A stretch of 64,000 nt of DNA from the human T2T-CHM13v2.0 reference genome, Homo sapiens. The notes beneath the pieces are model-generated. The model saw only the letters and a list, made by a program, of their open reading frames with translations. It made no database searches and was not told the DNA's origin. Within the stretch, counting starts at the first letter, position 1; every line of letters begins with the position of its first letter. The position numbers and the translations under genes are program-made. Shown here one piece after another: positions 16,839-30,538 of the stretch. Where the stretch lies: NCBI RefSeq assembly GCF_009914755.1, contig NC_060933.1, one strand, 5' to 3'.

Positions 16839-18658
16839 GAAACCAAATTATTTTGTAGATGTGGAATGTCAGCAGACTTTAAACATGTTCTCTGTGATTT
16901 ATCTGCTTTGCAAATTGAAATGAAAATGATTATTTCATTATGACAGATTATGATAAATAAACAGGGAAGTGATTTTCTGCTAGGAAAAAGCCAGAATATA
17001 AAAATTCACACCAAAGTATTTTCTAAAATGTTGATTTTCAAGCACCCAGCATTACTGAGTCATCCCTATTCTGATTTCTGTTCTCTGTTGGGAATGTTTG
17101 AAACTGTCTGATTTTTTTTCCAGTAATGTAGCAGGGAGCCATTTATAACTCCTCAGTAAGTATGCTTTATGTACAATAGCTAATATGAGAGCCAAGGCAG
17201 CAAATAGCTGTTTGAAATGCCTTACAAAATCCTCAATTCTATTGTAAGAAATAAAATGAACCAAGAAGAAAACTCCCTGTGGTACGGATCAGCTACTCAT
17301 TTGATTAGTGTAAACTGGCAGGAATGACATTATTTGATGGGAAGATTTTGTTTATATGTTTGAAAGAACAAAAAGGAATCAAACAACCTGAATAAAAAGG
17401 ATTTCTTTATGCAATAGACTTATGAAATACACCCTGTATTCTCAGTCAGAAAAAAAAAAAATCTCATTAATATATATTCATGGTATTTTATTTTTCTGTC
17501 TCTATATATTTCCTAAAAAGAAGTTTCAGCTTGATTATTCTAAATAGGTAATTATGGTAAGACATAAAGTCTTTTGGTTGCATTTCTTCACAAAGTATTT
17601 CGTACTTTATAGTTGATATACGAAGAGATAAAATAAAGGTCTTAATTATAATGTAATCCAGAAACCAAACAAAATGAAATTCAACAAGGAAAATCTCTTT
17701 AGCAGTATCTCACCTTTTAAAATGATAACTTTTTGTGTATAACATGTTATACATATTCATTTTAGAAGATCATTAAAAAGTATAAGGAAATTAAATTTAC
17801 CCATAATGTTCCAAGACATTGTTTGCATTTAGATTTAGGTCTCTAGTCTCTTTACTCTAGTCTCATTAAATTGGATTTTTTTCAAAAATTTATCTCTACC
17901 CTCAGTCTCTCTCTCCATTTAAAAATTTCCTCACATTATCAAAATGCTTAGAAAACATGGCTTAAATAACCACATATTATTACTTCCAGGGGATTTATTC
18001 TAATTTAATCTATCTATTAAAAATATATGTGTTTCCAAATTTTCACTCTTAAGTGATACATAACATTTTGTTCATCACTTATTTTATAGAATAAAGTCCT
18101 AAAATTAAATTTGGGGCAAAAACATGTATGTTGTTATTATTTTAATATTGACAAAGTAAGCTCAAAACTGTATGCAAAATTATAATCACTACTGCCCAAC
18201 AATAATTTAATGATATATGATTATAAATTAATGGGTGAAAGATAATCTTTGTTACCTCAGTAAAAAAATATAATTTCATAATTGCTTTAATTTTTAACTA
18301 AAGCCTATTAATTTTGAATTTTAACATTTTTCTCCAAGGAATTTTAACAATTTTCCATGTTATTAGAAAAAATTAATATTATTCTAAGTGGTTTTTGGAT
18401 GCATTTTTTATTGGAATGCTTCTTTTTCCCTTTATGATTTGAAAGCACCATTTAATTTATAAACTGTCACTATTTTTGGTCATACATATTATAATTTTCT
18501 AAATAACCCATCATTTTAATTATACTTTATTATGCTTATTATGAGGTACATAAATGCATATGTGATTAATGAAATTGTCTTCTTTTTTCTATTTATTCCT
18601 TCAATGCTTCAAAAGGTCTACTGTGTTTAGAAATGATGTAATCATAAATTATGGTTTA

Positions 18659-18718
18659 CATATATATATATGTGTATATATATATGTATATACATATATG
18701 TATACACATATATATATA
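18659..18718. repeat. (TA)n/(TATG)n microsatellite
   Basis: Read directly from the sequence. Confidence 0.9.
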
Positions 18719-19291
18719 ACCATTGTAATTCATTGAGATAGCTAGGGTTCTCATTATACTTACATTTTAATTGATATGTCAATTGAGTTTAGCTTTTACT
18801 TGGGTCCAGCATTTATTCATCTAATTTTACACCTTAATAATTTCTAGGTTTTTTGTGTGTGTGCTTGTCCAGAGATAAAACTTTTTTCAAAAGTAAATAT
18901 TTTATTTGTTGTTAATCACATAATGTATATTCATATAACATTTGCAAAGCTGGCTCAGCTATTGTTATGCACATTATCTGCATTCTTATCTAACACATTT
19001 CTATTTGATCTCCCAAAGTCTCAGTCACATGTGTTGAAAACTCCTGTTAATATTTTGTTCTCTACAACTAAAGTATTTTTGACATAGTTTATAACTATTA
19101 TAACACAATAGTAAGTTGATTATAACATTACAATAAAATCTTGTTTTACCTATGAGGATATCAAAAAATTTGGATAAATTATAAAGTAAGTTAACTGAAT
19201 TTTACATGGAAGGGAAACAATTCTATAGAAATATGTTGTCTAATATTAGAAAATCCATCAGTAAAACACTGTAGAAGTAGACAAAAGATAC

Positions 19292-19316
19292 TATATATAT
19301 ATATATATATATATAT
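19292..19316. repeat. (TA)12 microsatellite
   Basis: Read directly from the sequence. Confidence 0.95.
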
Positions 19317-19379
19317 GTAATTATTATTCCAATTGATGGAGAAATACAATTTGATGCATTTTAACACCTCCTGATTATA

Positions 19380-19560
19380 GGTATTTTTATTTGGGAGGTG
19401 ATCCTAGGAAGGTAGAATGAGAGAGTGGAGGAAGTGAAACACCAAAAAGAAAAAACTAATAAAGAACGTGTGATGGAGCTGACTAACACCTTGTGCAACT
19501 GGGAATTTCAGACCATTTCTGAGGAATCTCATAAAGACAAGACCAGAATAGTTCCTCCAA
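19380..19560 (-). mobile_element. LTR16/LTR33-like ERVL LTR fragment
   Basis: tttatttgggaggtgatcctaggaag...aataaagaacgtgtgatggagc...gtgcaactggg. Confidence 0.5.
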
Positions 19561-19737
19561 ATGATGAGGCACTTTGAAAGAAGATCAGCTATTTAAGCTT
19601 CTAATAATTGTACATGCTACTAACGTATGAAAAATATTCTGTTATCAAGTTGAAACTAATACAATTAAAAATGAAATCTATGGAATTACATGGCACATTA
19701 TGGTACAGAAGAGCAACAATTTCAAGTGATCTCTGAC

Positions 19738-20170
19738 TGTCTTACTCCACTTGTGTTACTATAAAAAATACCTGAGGCTGGATAATTTATAAACAAAAGA
19801 TGTTTATTTGGCTCACACATTTGCAGGCTGTGCAAGAAGCATGATGTCAACATCTGCTTCTGGTGAAAGCTTCAGAGAATTTCCACTCTTGGAGGAAGGA
19901 AGGTGAAGTGGAGTAGTGTGTGCAGATCACATGGTGAGAGAAGAAGCAAGAAGGAGAGAGGAGGAAGTGCCAGGTTCTTTTCAATAATTAGTTCTCACAG
20001 CAACTAACAGCCAAAACTCACTCACTGCTGTGAAAATGGACCCAAACTATTCATGAAAGATCTGCTACCATGACCCAAACACCTCCCACCAGGCCCCACC
20101 TCCAACATTGGGAATCAGATTTCAGCATGAGACTTGGTGAGGACAAACAAACCATATCCAAATCAAAGCA
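19738..20170 (-). mobile_element. MSTB-type MaLR solo LTR
   Basis: tg...ca termini with a perfect 5-bp TSD ctgac (19733-19737 / 20171-20175). Core acacctcccaccaggccccacctccaacattggg. Confidence 0.9.
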
Positions 20171-20869
20171 CTGACCGTGAGAAGAATCTTCTAATTGAAA
20201 ACGGTCTTATATTTTCTCAAGAAAAAATAGGACCTTTTTATACCGTCGCATGGTTGTTTTAGACAGAACTAATTATGTAATTATATAAAGTACTAAAGTA
20301 CTCTGATATTTCTAATGTCATACCAGCTAGATATCATCAATAGTTGAACTGAGATTATTTCTATGAAATTGATAGTTTATTAAAGAGAAAATATTGGCAT
20401 AACTATCTACAAAAATAAACATCCTATTCTCAGTTAATTTTTGTTATGAAAGAAAAAAGATTACATAAATATGTCTATGAAATTTATGTAAAACATAGAT
20501 TGTAAACAAGTACAATCATTTAGAAATATGATAAATATGCATACCTTTTTATAGGTTTTATTAATGCAGGCCCATGGCTTCTGAAAATTTGTTCATTTGA
20601 AATAAAGGGTTTTGGATAAACTGAAAGTATACATATTTTTTATTCTGAGAATAATTTTAACTTTTCCCTGTTCATTTTCATTTCTCTGTCCATGAACAGT
20701 CTTTTTTTTTTTTTTTTCTGGAACGTGTATCCACTTGCATATGTCCTTCTTTCTTTTAAGTCCAATCCTAGTCTGATCCTCCAATCTTTAAATCCACTTT
20801 AATGAATTAATAAATTTGAAAATATTCTCAGAGAATAATTTCCAAAGTAGTGTTTAGAAAAGGTACAGG

Positions 20870-21060
20870 AATTATACATACTACAGGAAATCCAAAAGGA
20901 TCTACAGACAAACTCTTAGAATTAATAAGAAATTTTACCAAAGTTTCTGGAAATAAGATTGATTTTCAAAACTTAATTTTACCAAAAAATAGCAAATATA
21001 ATTTTAAAATATAGTTTTATAACATAAAAAAATTTTATATCTTGAACTAAATGTAATAAA
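20870..21060 (+). mobile_element. L1M ORF2 fragment
   Basis: gaaatccaaaaggatctacagacaaactcttagaattaataag. Confidence 0.55.
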
Positions 21061-22129
21061 ACAATATTCTTTACTATACATTTTTATTTTTATTGTGTGC
21101 TATAGATTTTTTGATATTCTATTATAGAATACATATGGGTGTATTCACTTTTCTGAAAATGTATCCACCTGTACCCTAATGAACTGTGTGCTTTTCAATA
21201 AAAGAGGTTTTCTAAAAAATAATTTTTATTACAACTTTTTTCCAAAAGCTTAGATGGAATTGTAATTTGTGCTTATAATAAAATTGGCAAACATTTGTCA
21301 TAAACGAAAAATTGTCATCTGTTTACTGTGAGGCTTAAGATAATGTGGAAGCACATTAAAAATAAAAATGTAAGGTCATATTTCTATTGATGCTGCTCTA
21401 AATATTTCTTGTTTTTATTTTTACAAATCAAAACGTATCTTAACCACTATTTTGCATTTTTCCAAAACTAAAATTGAATAATTGAATTACACATATGTAT
21501 TCTATACTTACACATTTTGAGGCATCTTGATAGTAATTATTATTTTGATCAGTCACAAGTTTTACCTATATAGCTTCACTACCACCTGAATAAGTTAATT
21601 ATTTTGCAATGTTTAGAATTTTAGATGTCTGTTTAAGAAAGCAGTTGGTTGCTTAACATAATACCAGAGGCTTTGTACTTTTGTGAGCAGAAAATTAAAT
21701 TTAAAGAGACAAGTACTCCTTGTATTTACTTAATAGTACCTCAAGTTTATTATTTCAAGGCTATTCTTTGTGTCTGTTTGTGAGACATGTAACAGAAAGA
21801 AGATAGAGGTTCTGTTTCATTTGCCCTGCATAAAGATTTGCCAGCTGAAACTTAGTAATGAATTCTGTAATGTCTACCACTTTGATAGGCACTTTGAAAA
21901 ACATCTTAGGTTTCTAGAATTTTTACATCTTTTTATACTAGTTCTCTGACAAAGTTTCTTTTTAAAAAAAAACCTAAATTCAGATTAGAAGCCAGTACAA
22001 TTATTTAGGGGTGTTCTAATTATACTGCTTATCCTTATCTGTGACCTCAGTGGATTGTCACTGTATATGCCCATGCCAATTTATTTTCTATTCTCTCTCT
22101 ATCTCTCCCATTATGGAAAATATAAACAT

Positions 22130-22362
22130 ACACAGTTCCCAGCGCTTCCATAATAAGATTCCACAAGCTAAGTGGCCTTAAACATTAGAAATGTATTCTC
22201 TCATGGTTTTTGATGTCATACTCTCCTCCAGTATGACATCATTTTTACTTAACTAATTACACTTGTAACAAATTCATTTCCAAATAAGGTCTCATTCTAA
22301 GAAACTAGGGGTTCAGGCTTTCATGTACTTTTTTTTGGCAGGGGGCCACAATTTATAACAAC
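22130..22362 (-). mobile_element. Internally deleted MLT1 LTR
   Basis: ccacaagctaagtggccttaaac joined to ctccagtatgacatcat...atttccaaataaggtctcattct. Confidence 0.55.
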
Positions 22363-22504
22363 AATGTAATACATGTTAGAAAAAATATAATACTTAGACA
22401 TCAAGATTGAAAATAAGTTGCACTATATTTCTGCAGAAAATCAGGGGGAGAATGCAGGATCTTTCCCCTCTACCTGAACTTCATAGGTTAGCATGCCTCA
22501 GGAC

Positions 22505-23640
22505 TAGCTCTTAGCCCTCATTTCATTCCTATCTATGCTCTTTCCCCAGGTAATCTCATTCTTAAATACCATCTCTATGCTGTTGATGACTCCTGGTCTG
22601 ACATCTTTCTGTTCCATATGTCTAATTGTGTATTCAACTTCATTTTCCACTTGGATATCTAATAAGTATCTTACACTAAAATTTTCAAAATAGTGATTTA
22701 TTCTATCATTCTCAAAATAAAACAAACAGAAAAACAATAATAACAGCAAACACATGCACCTCTCCGGTATTTTTCTTTATTTAAGTTAATGGGCTCACTA
22801 TTTCATCATTTTGTCCAACCAAAAAACTCAGAGTTATCATTGCTTCCTGTCTTTCCTTTCTACTTACATTAAATTCATTCGAAAGACCTCATGACACCAA
22901 ATGAAATTAAAATCCCTAAACTTAATAATCCTCACCATTTCCACAGATCCACATTCTTGTTTGGTTTCTTGAAATAGATTCCAAAATTTTCTACTTGTTT
23001 CTACCTTTTATGTATACCTTATTTATATTTATTTTTATACATATATTTATTATTTATATATACTTTATATATACTTGTTTTACCCAAGTATAGACTCTAC
23101 ACTTAGCCAGTGAGATATATTTAAAGCACCACTGAAATAATATAATCCTATTTGCTATTTTTCTCTGACTCCACATTCAAATTAGGATAAACCCAAGCAT
23201 CTTGCATTCTACAAGGTCTTATGTGATCTTGCAGGAAGTTACTTCTCCAACCTCATCTCCAGCTACTCTCACCCCAGTTCACTATACTCACTGCACACTG
23301 GCCTTGTGCTTCTTACTTTCCTGGGAACCTTGTACGTGCTGTTCCCTCTTTTCTGCAGATCATTTCTTGATTTGTTCCTCATGGTCATTCAAATTTCACC
23401 TCAGATGTACTCTTGAAAGTCTTACTCAACTGATATGACTAAATTAGAATCCTCAAATCCTTTAACAATGCCAATTATTTTTTATCCATTTCACTGTTTT
23501 ACTTTTCTCTAAAATATTTAACATTATATGAAATTGTCTGAAGTGGATAAGGAATTACCTTATTTTTAAGGTTCCTTTCTCTAGAATCTAAGTGCTGTGG
23601 GGACAATGATTTGTTTCATTAATAATTATATTTCCAGCCA
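22505..23640 (+). mobile_element. L2 3' region
   Basis: taccatctctatgctgttgatgactcc; ttccacttggatatctaataag; ctagaatctaagtgctgtggggaca. Confidence 0.7.
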
Positions 23641-23889
23641 TTATCCTTTGCCACTGGCTCTATTGTTTGAGGAAATTAATTTTCTGACTTCGCGATTATT
23701 TCACCTTAAGTACGTTATAAGAAAAATAAAATTACTTCTTCGACTATATACCACTTGTATATTATTAATATAATTTATCTTCTATTCTGAAAGACTTTTT
23801 ATATTAATTTTATGTGTAAAATTTTGTTTCTGCTAAAAGTTTTTCTCCTATCTATGAACAGAAAACATTTATAAATTGCATTCATGCTA

Positions 23890-24085
23890 GTTTTGAATCT
23901 GGCTTTGCTCTTTTCTGAATATGTCACCTTAAGCAAGTCATTAAACCTGCTTGCATTTTAGTTTTCTCATCTAAAATCAGGACAAAAATAGTATTTACTT
24001 CTATAGACTATTTTTAAGGTTCAATGAGTGAATATCTGTGGAGCTTTTTGCTATAAGTACTAGATGAAGTTGGCTGATATTATTA
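23890..24085 (+). mobile_element. MIR
   Basis: tgtcaccttaagcaagtcattaaacc...agttttctcatct. Confidence 0.65.
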
Positions 24086-25639
24086 CTTTTTACTATGAAA
24101 ATCATTAATTTATATGACATTTAAAAATAAAATTCAAAGAAACTTTTCTATGCATTCAGATTTAATTGGGGTTTCTCACGTTTTCATATCTTCTCTTCTA
24201 AATAAACTCAGTGTAAAAAAAGTTTTCTGTGAACTAGATGGGTGTCACTTGATGTGACAAAATAAACAACACTAACAGAAGTGATATTCACCAAAAAAAG
24301 CATAGCATGAGTCATCCATTTCAAGAGACAGAAAATTAGGGTACGTTAAGTATCAGTGCTTTATAAAAATAGTAATAGCTAAGAAGGAAAGAAAATCAAG
24401 TTTTCTGAGAAAATTCTTTAATGCCTTACAACTCATGAACTTTCTAATCAGTAATTCTGTTGGTAAGGGAAGAGTTTTTGTCTCTCCTTATGGTTGGATT
24501 TTTTTTTCCGCCAGTTAGCAACTAGGCTAGCATATAGTTTGAATTTTAGGTTGATCGTATACTCCCCACTCCCTCATATATACACAGTTTGACTTTGGAA
24601 CTAATTGAACATTTGATATTTATATGAGTTTTGTTACTAAAAGTTGTGGAATGGAGAATTTTGAATAACAGGAGGTAAACCCTGGTTAGGAAAGAGCTCC
24701 TGACGGAAAGTCTTACCTGCATAGTAAAACACTTAATGAAGGTCTTGTTTCATACTATAGGGGCAAAAGAGAGAGACAGCAAGGAAAGGGAAGTGCAAGA
24801 AAGTGAGAGGAATAATAGGTAGAGAGATACAGAGAGAGAGAGAGGAAGAGTGAAGAGAAATGTGAAACACGGTTTTGAATACATCAACTCCACCTTATTG
24901 TAATATGTGGTCAGCAACTTAAAGACTGATTTATATTTCCCAGTGTAGATAACTTAAATGCTTCACTCATTCTCCAGTGAGGTTATAGAGCAAAAATTTA
25001 AAATGCTATTGTTATTCTAATAAAATCTTCTTATGGGCGTATGAGGAAGTGAAATAAACTTCCTTCTTAATATATATTATCAAACATGTTAGACACAAAT
25101 TTTGAGAATTGTCTTGTTTCAATTAAGAACAAAAAGATGAAGAAAAACAAACACAAAAAATTTCCGGCTACACCTGTCCTAATAATGATGCATAATATGC
25201 CAAATGTCTTCTAAAATTACCAGTTGTCTAATCAACTACAGCAAAAGTAAATGGACAAACTAACTTATAAATTGCAATGTATCTCTGCATTACCCTTTAA
25301 ACAAAATAACTGTCCAGGTTACAAAACTGTTTAAACCGTTTATTCATAATTAGGAAGAAAATTCTTACAAAACATATTTATTTGTCTACCTTGTATATTT
25401 CACAGATAAATATGGCCATATAATACAAATACAAATTATATTGCTTGTAGTCTTACAGTTTATAAAGTTTATCCTTTTCAGATGCTTGTCTCACAGAATC
25501 CAGTAAAATAAAGATATTTCAATATTCTGATTTAAATATCAGGTAATTAGGTCTTAGTGAGTTTATGTAACTTAAAATCAGATAAAAATTTTTAGGTTCT
25601 AGAACATAATTGCAATTTTGTTTTTCCCAATTAACCAGA

Positions 25640-25642
<3 letters not shown>

Positions 25643-25714
<72 letters not shown>
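25643..25714. repeat. Compound (TG)15(AG)14 microsatellite with AG extension
   Basis: Read directly from the sequence. Confidence 0.95.
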
Positions 25715-26374
25715 CGAAAGAAAACCTGTTTTTGTGTGTATAAAAGAGAGAGAAATAAATTTTGGCTAACTTAAGAAGAGGTGAGAATGATGATTATGGG
25801 CCCAATGACGACAAGAAGTAGAGTATGCTGAAATATTATGTAAATCTAAGTGGATGCACCCACGCTGAATGAGCAATCTATTCTCAGGGAAGAAACTTAT
25901 AATGTACTACCCATCCTAACAAAATGGAGAAAAAAAAATCTTCTCTGCAAAGCAACGTCAGTCAGAAAATATGCAGAAGACAAGGAGAATAACTTCAATC
26001 TTTGGAATACAAAGTACATAGATTAAGAATATAGGTATGTGTTGATATACAGATAGACAAAAACCATTCCTGGATTAGTGAGGAAGTGTTATCTTGCAGA
26101 GAATGTCAAGGCACATGCCAGGTAACAAGCTAGTAGCTACTCAAAGATATGTGTCCAGGTCATATTGCATTGCCCAGCCCATCAGAACCTCCAACTTAAT
26201 AGTAACTTATAAAGATGTATCTTTTAATAAATTTATGTTGACCTATATTCATTGTTATCATCACTGATTATATAACAATATATAATAGAACACAGATGGT
26301 TCCTGCTCTGAGTTCATATGCTTACTAAAAATGAAACCAAAACCAAAAAACACTAAACTGAAATTTATGCTGAT

Positions 26375-28548
26375 TGTATTAGTTTGTCTCACACTGCTAT
26401 GAAGAACTACTTGAAACTGGGTAATTTATGAAGAAAAGAGTTTTAATTGACTCGCATTTCCACAAGCTTAACAGGAAGCATGTAGGAGACCTCAGGAAAC
26501 TTAGAATCATTGTGGAAGGTGAATGGGAAGCAAGCACCTTCTTCACATGGTGGCAGGAGAGAAAGAGAGAGTGAAGGGGAAAGCTTCACACACTTTTAAG
26601 CCATCAGAATTCATGAGAACTTACTCACTATCATGACAACAGCATGAGGGGAATCCACCCCCATGATCCAATCACTTCTGATCAGGTCGCTACCCCAAAA
26701 TTGGAGACTACAATTCAACATGCGATTTGGGTGGAAAAAAAGACCCAAACCATGTCATTCTGTCCCTGGACCCTCCGAAATCTCATGTCCTTTTCACATT
26801 TTAAACCCAGTTATAACTTCCCAACAGTACCCCAAAGTCTTACCTCATTCCAGTATTAATCCAAAAGTCCAAGTCTAAAGTCTAACCTAAGACAAGACAA
26901 GTCCCTTCTGACTATTAGCCTGTAAAATGAAAAACAAGTTAGTTACTTCCAAGATACAATGGCAGTACAGGCATTGGATAAATGCTCCAGTTTCAAAACA
27001 GAGAAATTGGCCAAAACAAAGAAGCTACAGGCCCCATGCAAGTCCAAAATCCAGCATGGCAGTCATTAAATCTTAAAGCTACAAAATAATCTCCTTTGAC
27101 TCCATGTCTCACATCCAGGACACAATGATGCAAGGGATAATCTCTTAAAGCCTTGGGCAGCTCTGTCCCTGTGGCTTTTCAGGGTACAGCATCTGCGGCT
27201 GCCTGAACTTACAGGCATTTCCATACTTCCTCTGAAATCTAGGCGGAGGTTCCCAAACCTCAACTCTTACCTTCTGTGCACCCACAGACTCAACACCACA
27301 TGGAAGCTGCCAAAGCTTATGGCTTGTCCCCTCTGAAGGAACAGCTTAAGCTGTACTTTGGCCCCTTTCAGCCATGGCTGGAGCTGGAGCAGCTGGAACA
27401 CAGGATGCCATGTCCTGTGGCTGCACAGAGCATCAGGGCCTTAGCCTTGACCTGTGAAACCATTTTTTCCTCCTAGGCCTCTAGGCCTATGATGGGAGGT
27501 GCTAACACAAAGGTCTCTGAAATGTCCTGGAGGCATTTTCCCCATTGTTTTTGCAGTTAACATTCAGCTCCTCTTTACTTATGCAAATTTCTGCAACCAG
27601 CTTGAGTCCCTCCCTAGAAAATGGGATTTACTTTTCTAGTGCATGGTCACAATGCAAATGTTTAAAACTTTTATGCCATGCTTCCTTTTTAAATACAAGT
27701 ACCAGTTTCAGATTATTTATTTGTTCATGTATACGAGTATATACTTTTAGAAACAGCCAGGTCACCTCTTGAATGCTTTGCTGCTTAGAAATTTCTTCCA
27801 CCAGATACACTAAATCATTTCTCTCAAGTTCAAAGTTCCACAGATTTCTAGGCCAGGGGCAAAATGCCACCAGTCTGCTTGTTACAAGCAAAGCAAGAGT
27901 GACATTTATTTCAGTTCCCAATAAGTTCCCCATCTCCATCTGAGATTTCTTCAGCCTGGACTTCATTGTTCATGTCATTATCAGCATTTTGATCACAGCC
28001 ATTCAACAAGTCTCCAGGAAGTTTTAAACTTTCTCCCATCTTCCTGTCTTTTTCTTAGCATTCCAACTGTTCCAACCTCTGCCCATTACCCAGTTCCAAA
28101 TTTGCTTCCATATTTTCAGGTATATTTATAGCAGTACCCCACTCCTGGTGCCAATTTTCTGTAGTAGTTTGCTCTCACACTGTTATAAAAAACTACCTGA
28201 GACTTGGTAATTTATGAAGAAAAGAGACTTAATTGACTCACAGTTCTGCAGGCTTAATAAGAAGCATAACTAGGAGGCCCAAGGAAACTTACAATCATGG
28301 CGTAGGGCAAAGGGGTATAAAGCACTTTCTTTACATGGTGGCAGGAGAGACAAAGTGACAGAGTGAAGGGGAAGGGCCATACATTTTTAAACTATCAGAT
28401 TTTGTGAGAACTCACTCACTATCATAAGAACTACATAGGAGAAACCTGCCCCCATGATCAAATCACCTCCCACCAGGTCCTTCCTCCAACACTGGGGATT
28501 ATGATTCAACATGAGACTTGGGTAGGAACAATGAGCCAACCCACATCA
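26375..28548 (-). mobile_element. Two-LTR THE1D-type MaLR (LTR-int-LTR)
   Basis: LTRs at 26375-26757 and 28160-28548. TSD ctgat/cttat. Internal MaLR ORF remnant LVAFCPWPRNLWNFELERNDLVYLVEEISKQQSIQ (ORF 27628..27966). Internal deletion near 27205. Confidence 0.92.
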
Positions 28549-28667
28549 CTTATATAAATAGAAGTTTTTGAACTAAGGTTTCTAAGAACAAAGAAATTAA
28601 AAAATAATATTTTAATCTATATTCTATCGCTAGATTTTGTTGTAAATAATTACGTTCAGTTAAATAC

Positions 28668-29160
28668 TATGGTTAGGATGCTTTTGGTTTCAAGATAAAG
28701 AAGAATAAAAGCTTAAATAGTAAGACTTTTTAATTATCTTACTTAATGAGATGTCTGGATGTAGACAATTTCATGATGTGTTCAGCTATCTTTTACATGA
28801 GAATAGATACTTCTTTTTTTCTGTAGTCCTCACCACGTTAGCTTTTTCTACCCACACTCAGTGTTGTATGTTTTCAGATGACTCTATTGTATATCCTCCC
28901 ACAAGCACACTTCAAGAGAGAAAATGTGGAACATAAATATGAGGGGTACTTTTCATGTGCTACACTCCTTTAATATAGGAGCAAAATTGCTTGCAGAACC
29001 CTCTGGCTGACTTATTCTGATGTATCTGTGAATGGAATGGAGGCAGGTAGCTACCTCTTAATTCAGAAGAATTGAAATACTAGCATCTGGCATTGAATCC
29101 TTTATGGTTAGAAGTAGGCAAAAACCAAAAGAGTTGAAAATATCTGTTTGGATGACAATT
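28668..29160 (-). mobile_element. Old MLT1 (K/L-like) LTR
   Basis: ggttaggatgcttttggtttcaag...; cagaaccctctggctgacttattc. Confidence 0.45.
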
Positions 29161-29174
29161 GTATTAATCATTAT

Positions 29175-30520
29175 TGCAGTTCATCAATATTCTGGTACTC
29201 TTCCTTCCTGGACTTTATCCCCTGCAAGTTAGGCAATATGACTTACTTTATCAAATAAAATATTAGCCTAGTGATCTGTGGGTGTGCCTATAAATTGAAA
29301 CAATAAGAATTGCTAGGAAATCCCCTATGTCCTTTTCCATTGGCTATAGGTATTCAGTGTTCCAATTGCATTTGAGATTGAGAGGAAATTGAGATATTAA
29401 GTTTGTTTCTTACTGTATCATAATCCAGCATACCTTGACTAATTCAGAAATTTCTCTAACAGCAATGATACTAGTAGCCTGGGGGAGGTTCCCAAATTGA
29501 GGTGGCACCTTGACCCCAGCTGGTATTCAGGGTCTTGACACCATCTCAAGAAGTAATTTAAGGATAGTCATAAAATAAAGTATAGATATTTATTGCAAAG
29601 TGAAAAGTATATACCTAAGAAAGAGTATTGCAGACATACTCAAAAGAGAGTTGCACCCAAGGTGGTTTGAGGCTGCTACCTTTATGGGTTTCTTTAACCA
29701 AGGTGTGAAATATTCATGAAAATTCCTCGAGAAAGTAGAGATTTCTCAGAACTGTGGTGTTATTCACTTCTACACGAAATATGGTGTTTTTGGAGCAGTC
29801 ATAGTGCTGGTGGGTGTGTGATTTAGTATGCTAATGAGTATATAATTAGGTCCTAGGTGAAACCCAGGTCAAATTCAGCACTATGTTGGGTCTAGTCAAT
29901 CTTAGCCAGCTTGGTTCACACCCTGTTTTGGAGGGTCTTATTTGCCCATAGCCTCTGCAGCTATTTCAACAGCTTCCTTTTGTTTAGTCATGTGAAATTG
30001 CTGCCTGAAATTTTCTATTCTCTTGTGACCAGTCTGTATTATTTCTGTCTTAGCAAGAGGAAAAAATAAAAATACGTGGTTTTGCTTAAATGGCAGGCAG
30101 TGGGTAGTAAGGCAACTGTTAGAGGGTGGACAGATGGAGACCCATTTCATGAAGTGGCCAAATTCTGGTAAAACAGTAACTCAGAAGGCAGATCATATAA
30201 TAATGGACACGAAGGCTCAGAGGAACAAGTCGGGAAAACAAATGTTAGCAGTTGTGTGTGGGTTTTTGTTGGCTGGTTTTGGTAAGGTATTTTCAGAAGG
30301 CAACAAGTTCAGAAAAGAAATGATAGTCTTGCAAACACAATTAAAAGGGCATTGAATTCAGAAATTCAGGGCCTTGAATGTTAGATAAGCTGTACACATT
30401 TTAGAACCAAACAATGGAAGATAGAAGTGAGAAGCCTTTGAGCAACAAAGGCGAATTTAAAATCAGCCATGTGGCATGTATAAAATTAAACATATAGGTG
30501 TCCCATCCATGGTTATCAAT
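29175..30520 (+). mobile_element. MLT1 (I/J-like) LTR plus MaLR internal sequence
   Basis: The LTR ends ...ccttgactaattca (~29446). Internal ORF remnant GFLLAGFGKVFSEGNKFRKEMIVLQ (ORF 30134..30355). Confidence 0.55.
29466..30052 (-). mobile_element. ERV1 solo LTR (LTR29/MER41/MER66-like)
   Basis: 4-bp TSD gcaa (29462-29465 / 30053-30056). Core ctggtgggtgtgtgatttagtatgctaatgag. Minus-strand AATAAA near 29590. Confidence 0.8.
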
Positions 30521-30538
30521 ATATGAATGAATTGAGGG

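Noticed and set aside
20702-20717. Isolated poly(T)/poly(A) runs (also ~35287-35306, 56883-56909 and ~62694-62710) as retrocopy tails
   Set aside because: No TSDs or recognisable retrocopy bodies, so slippage expansion explains them better.
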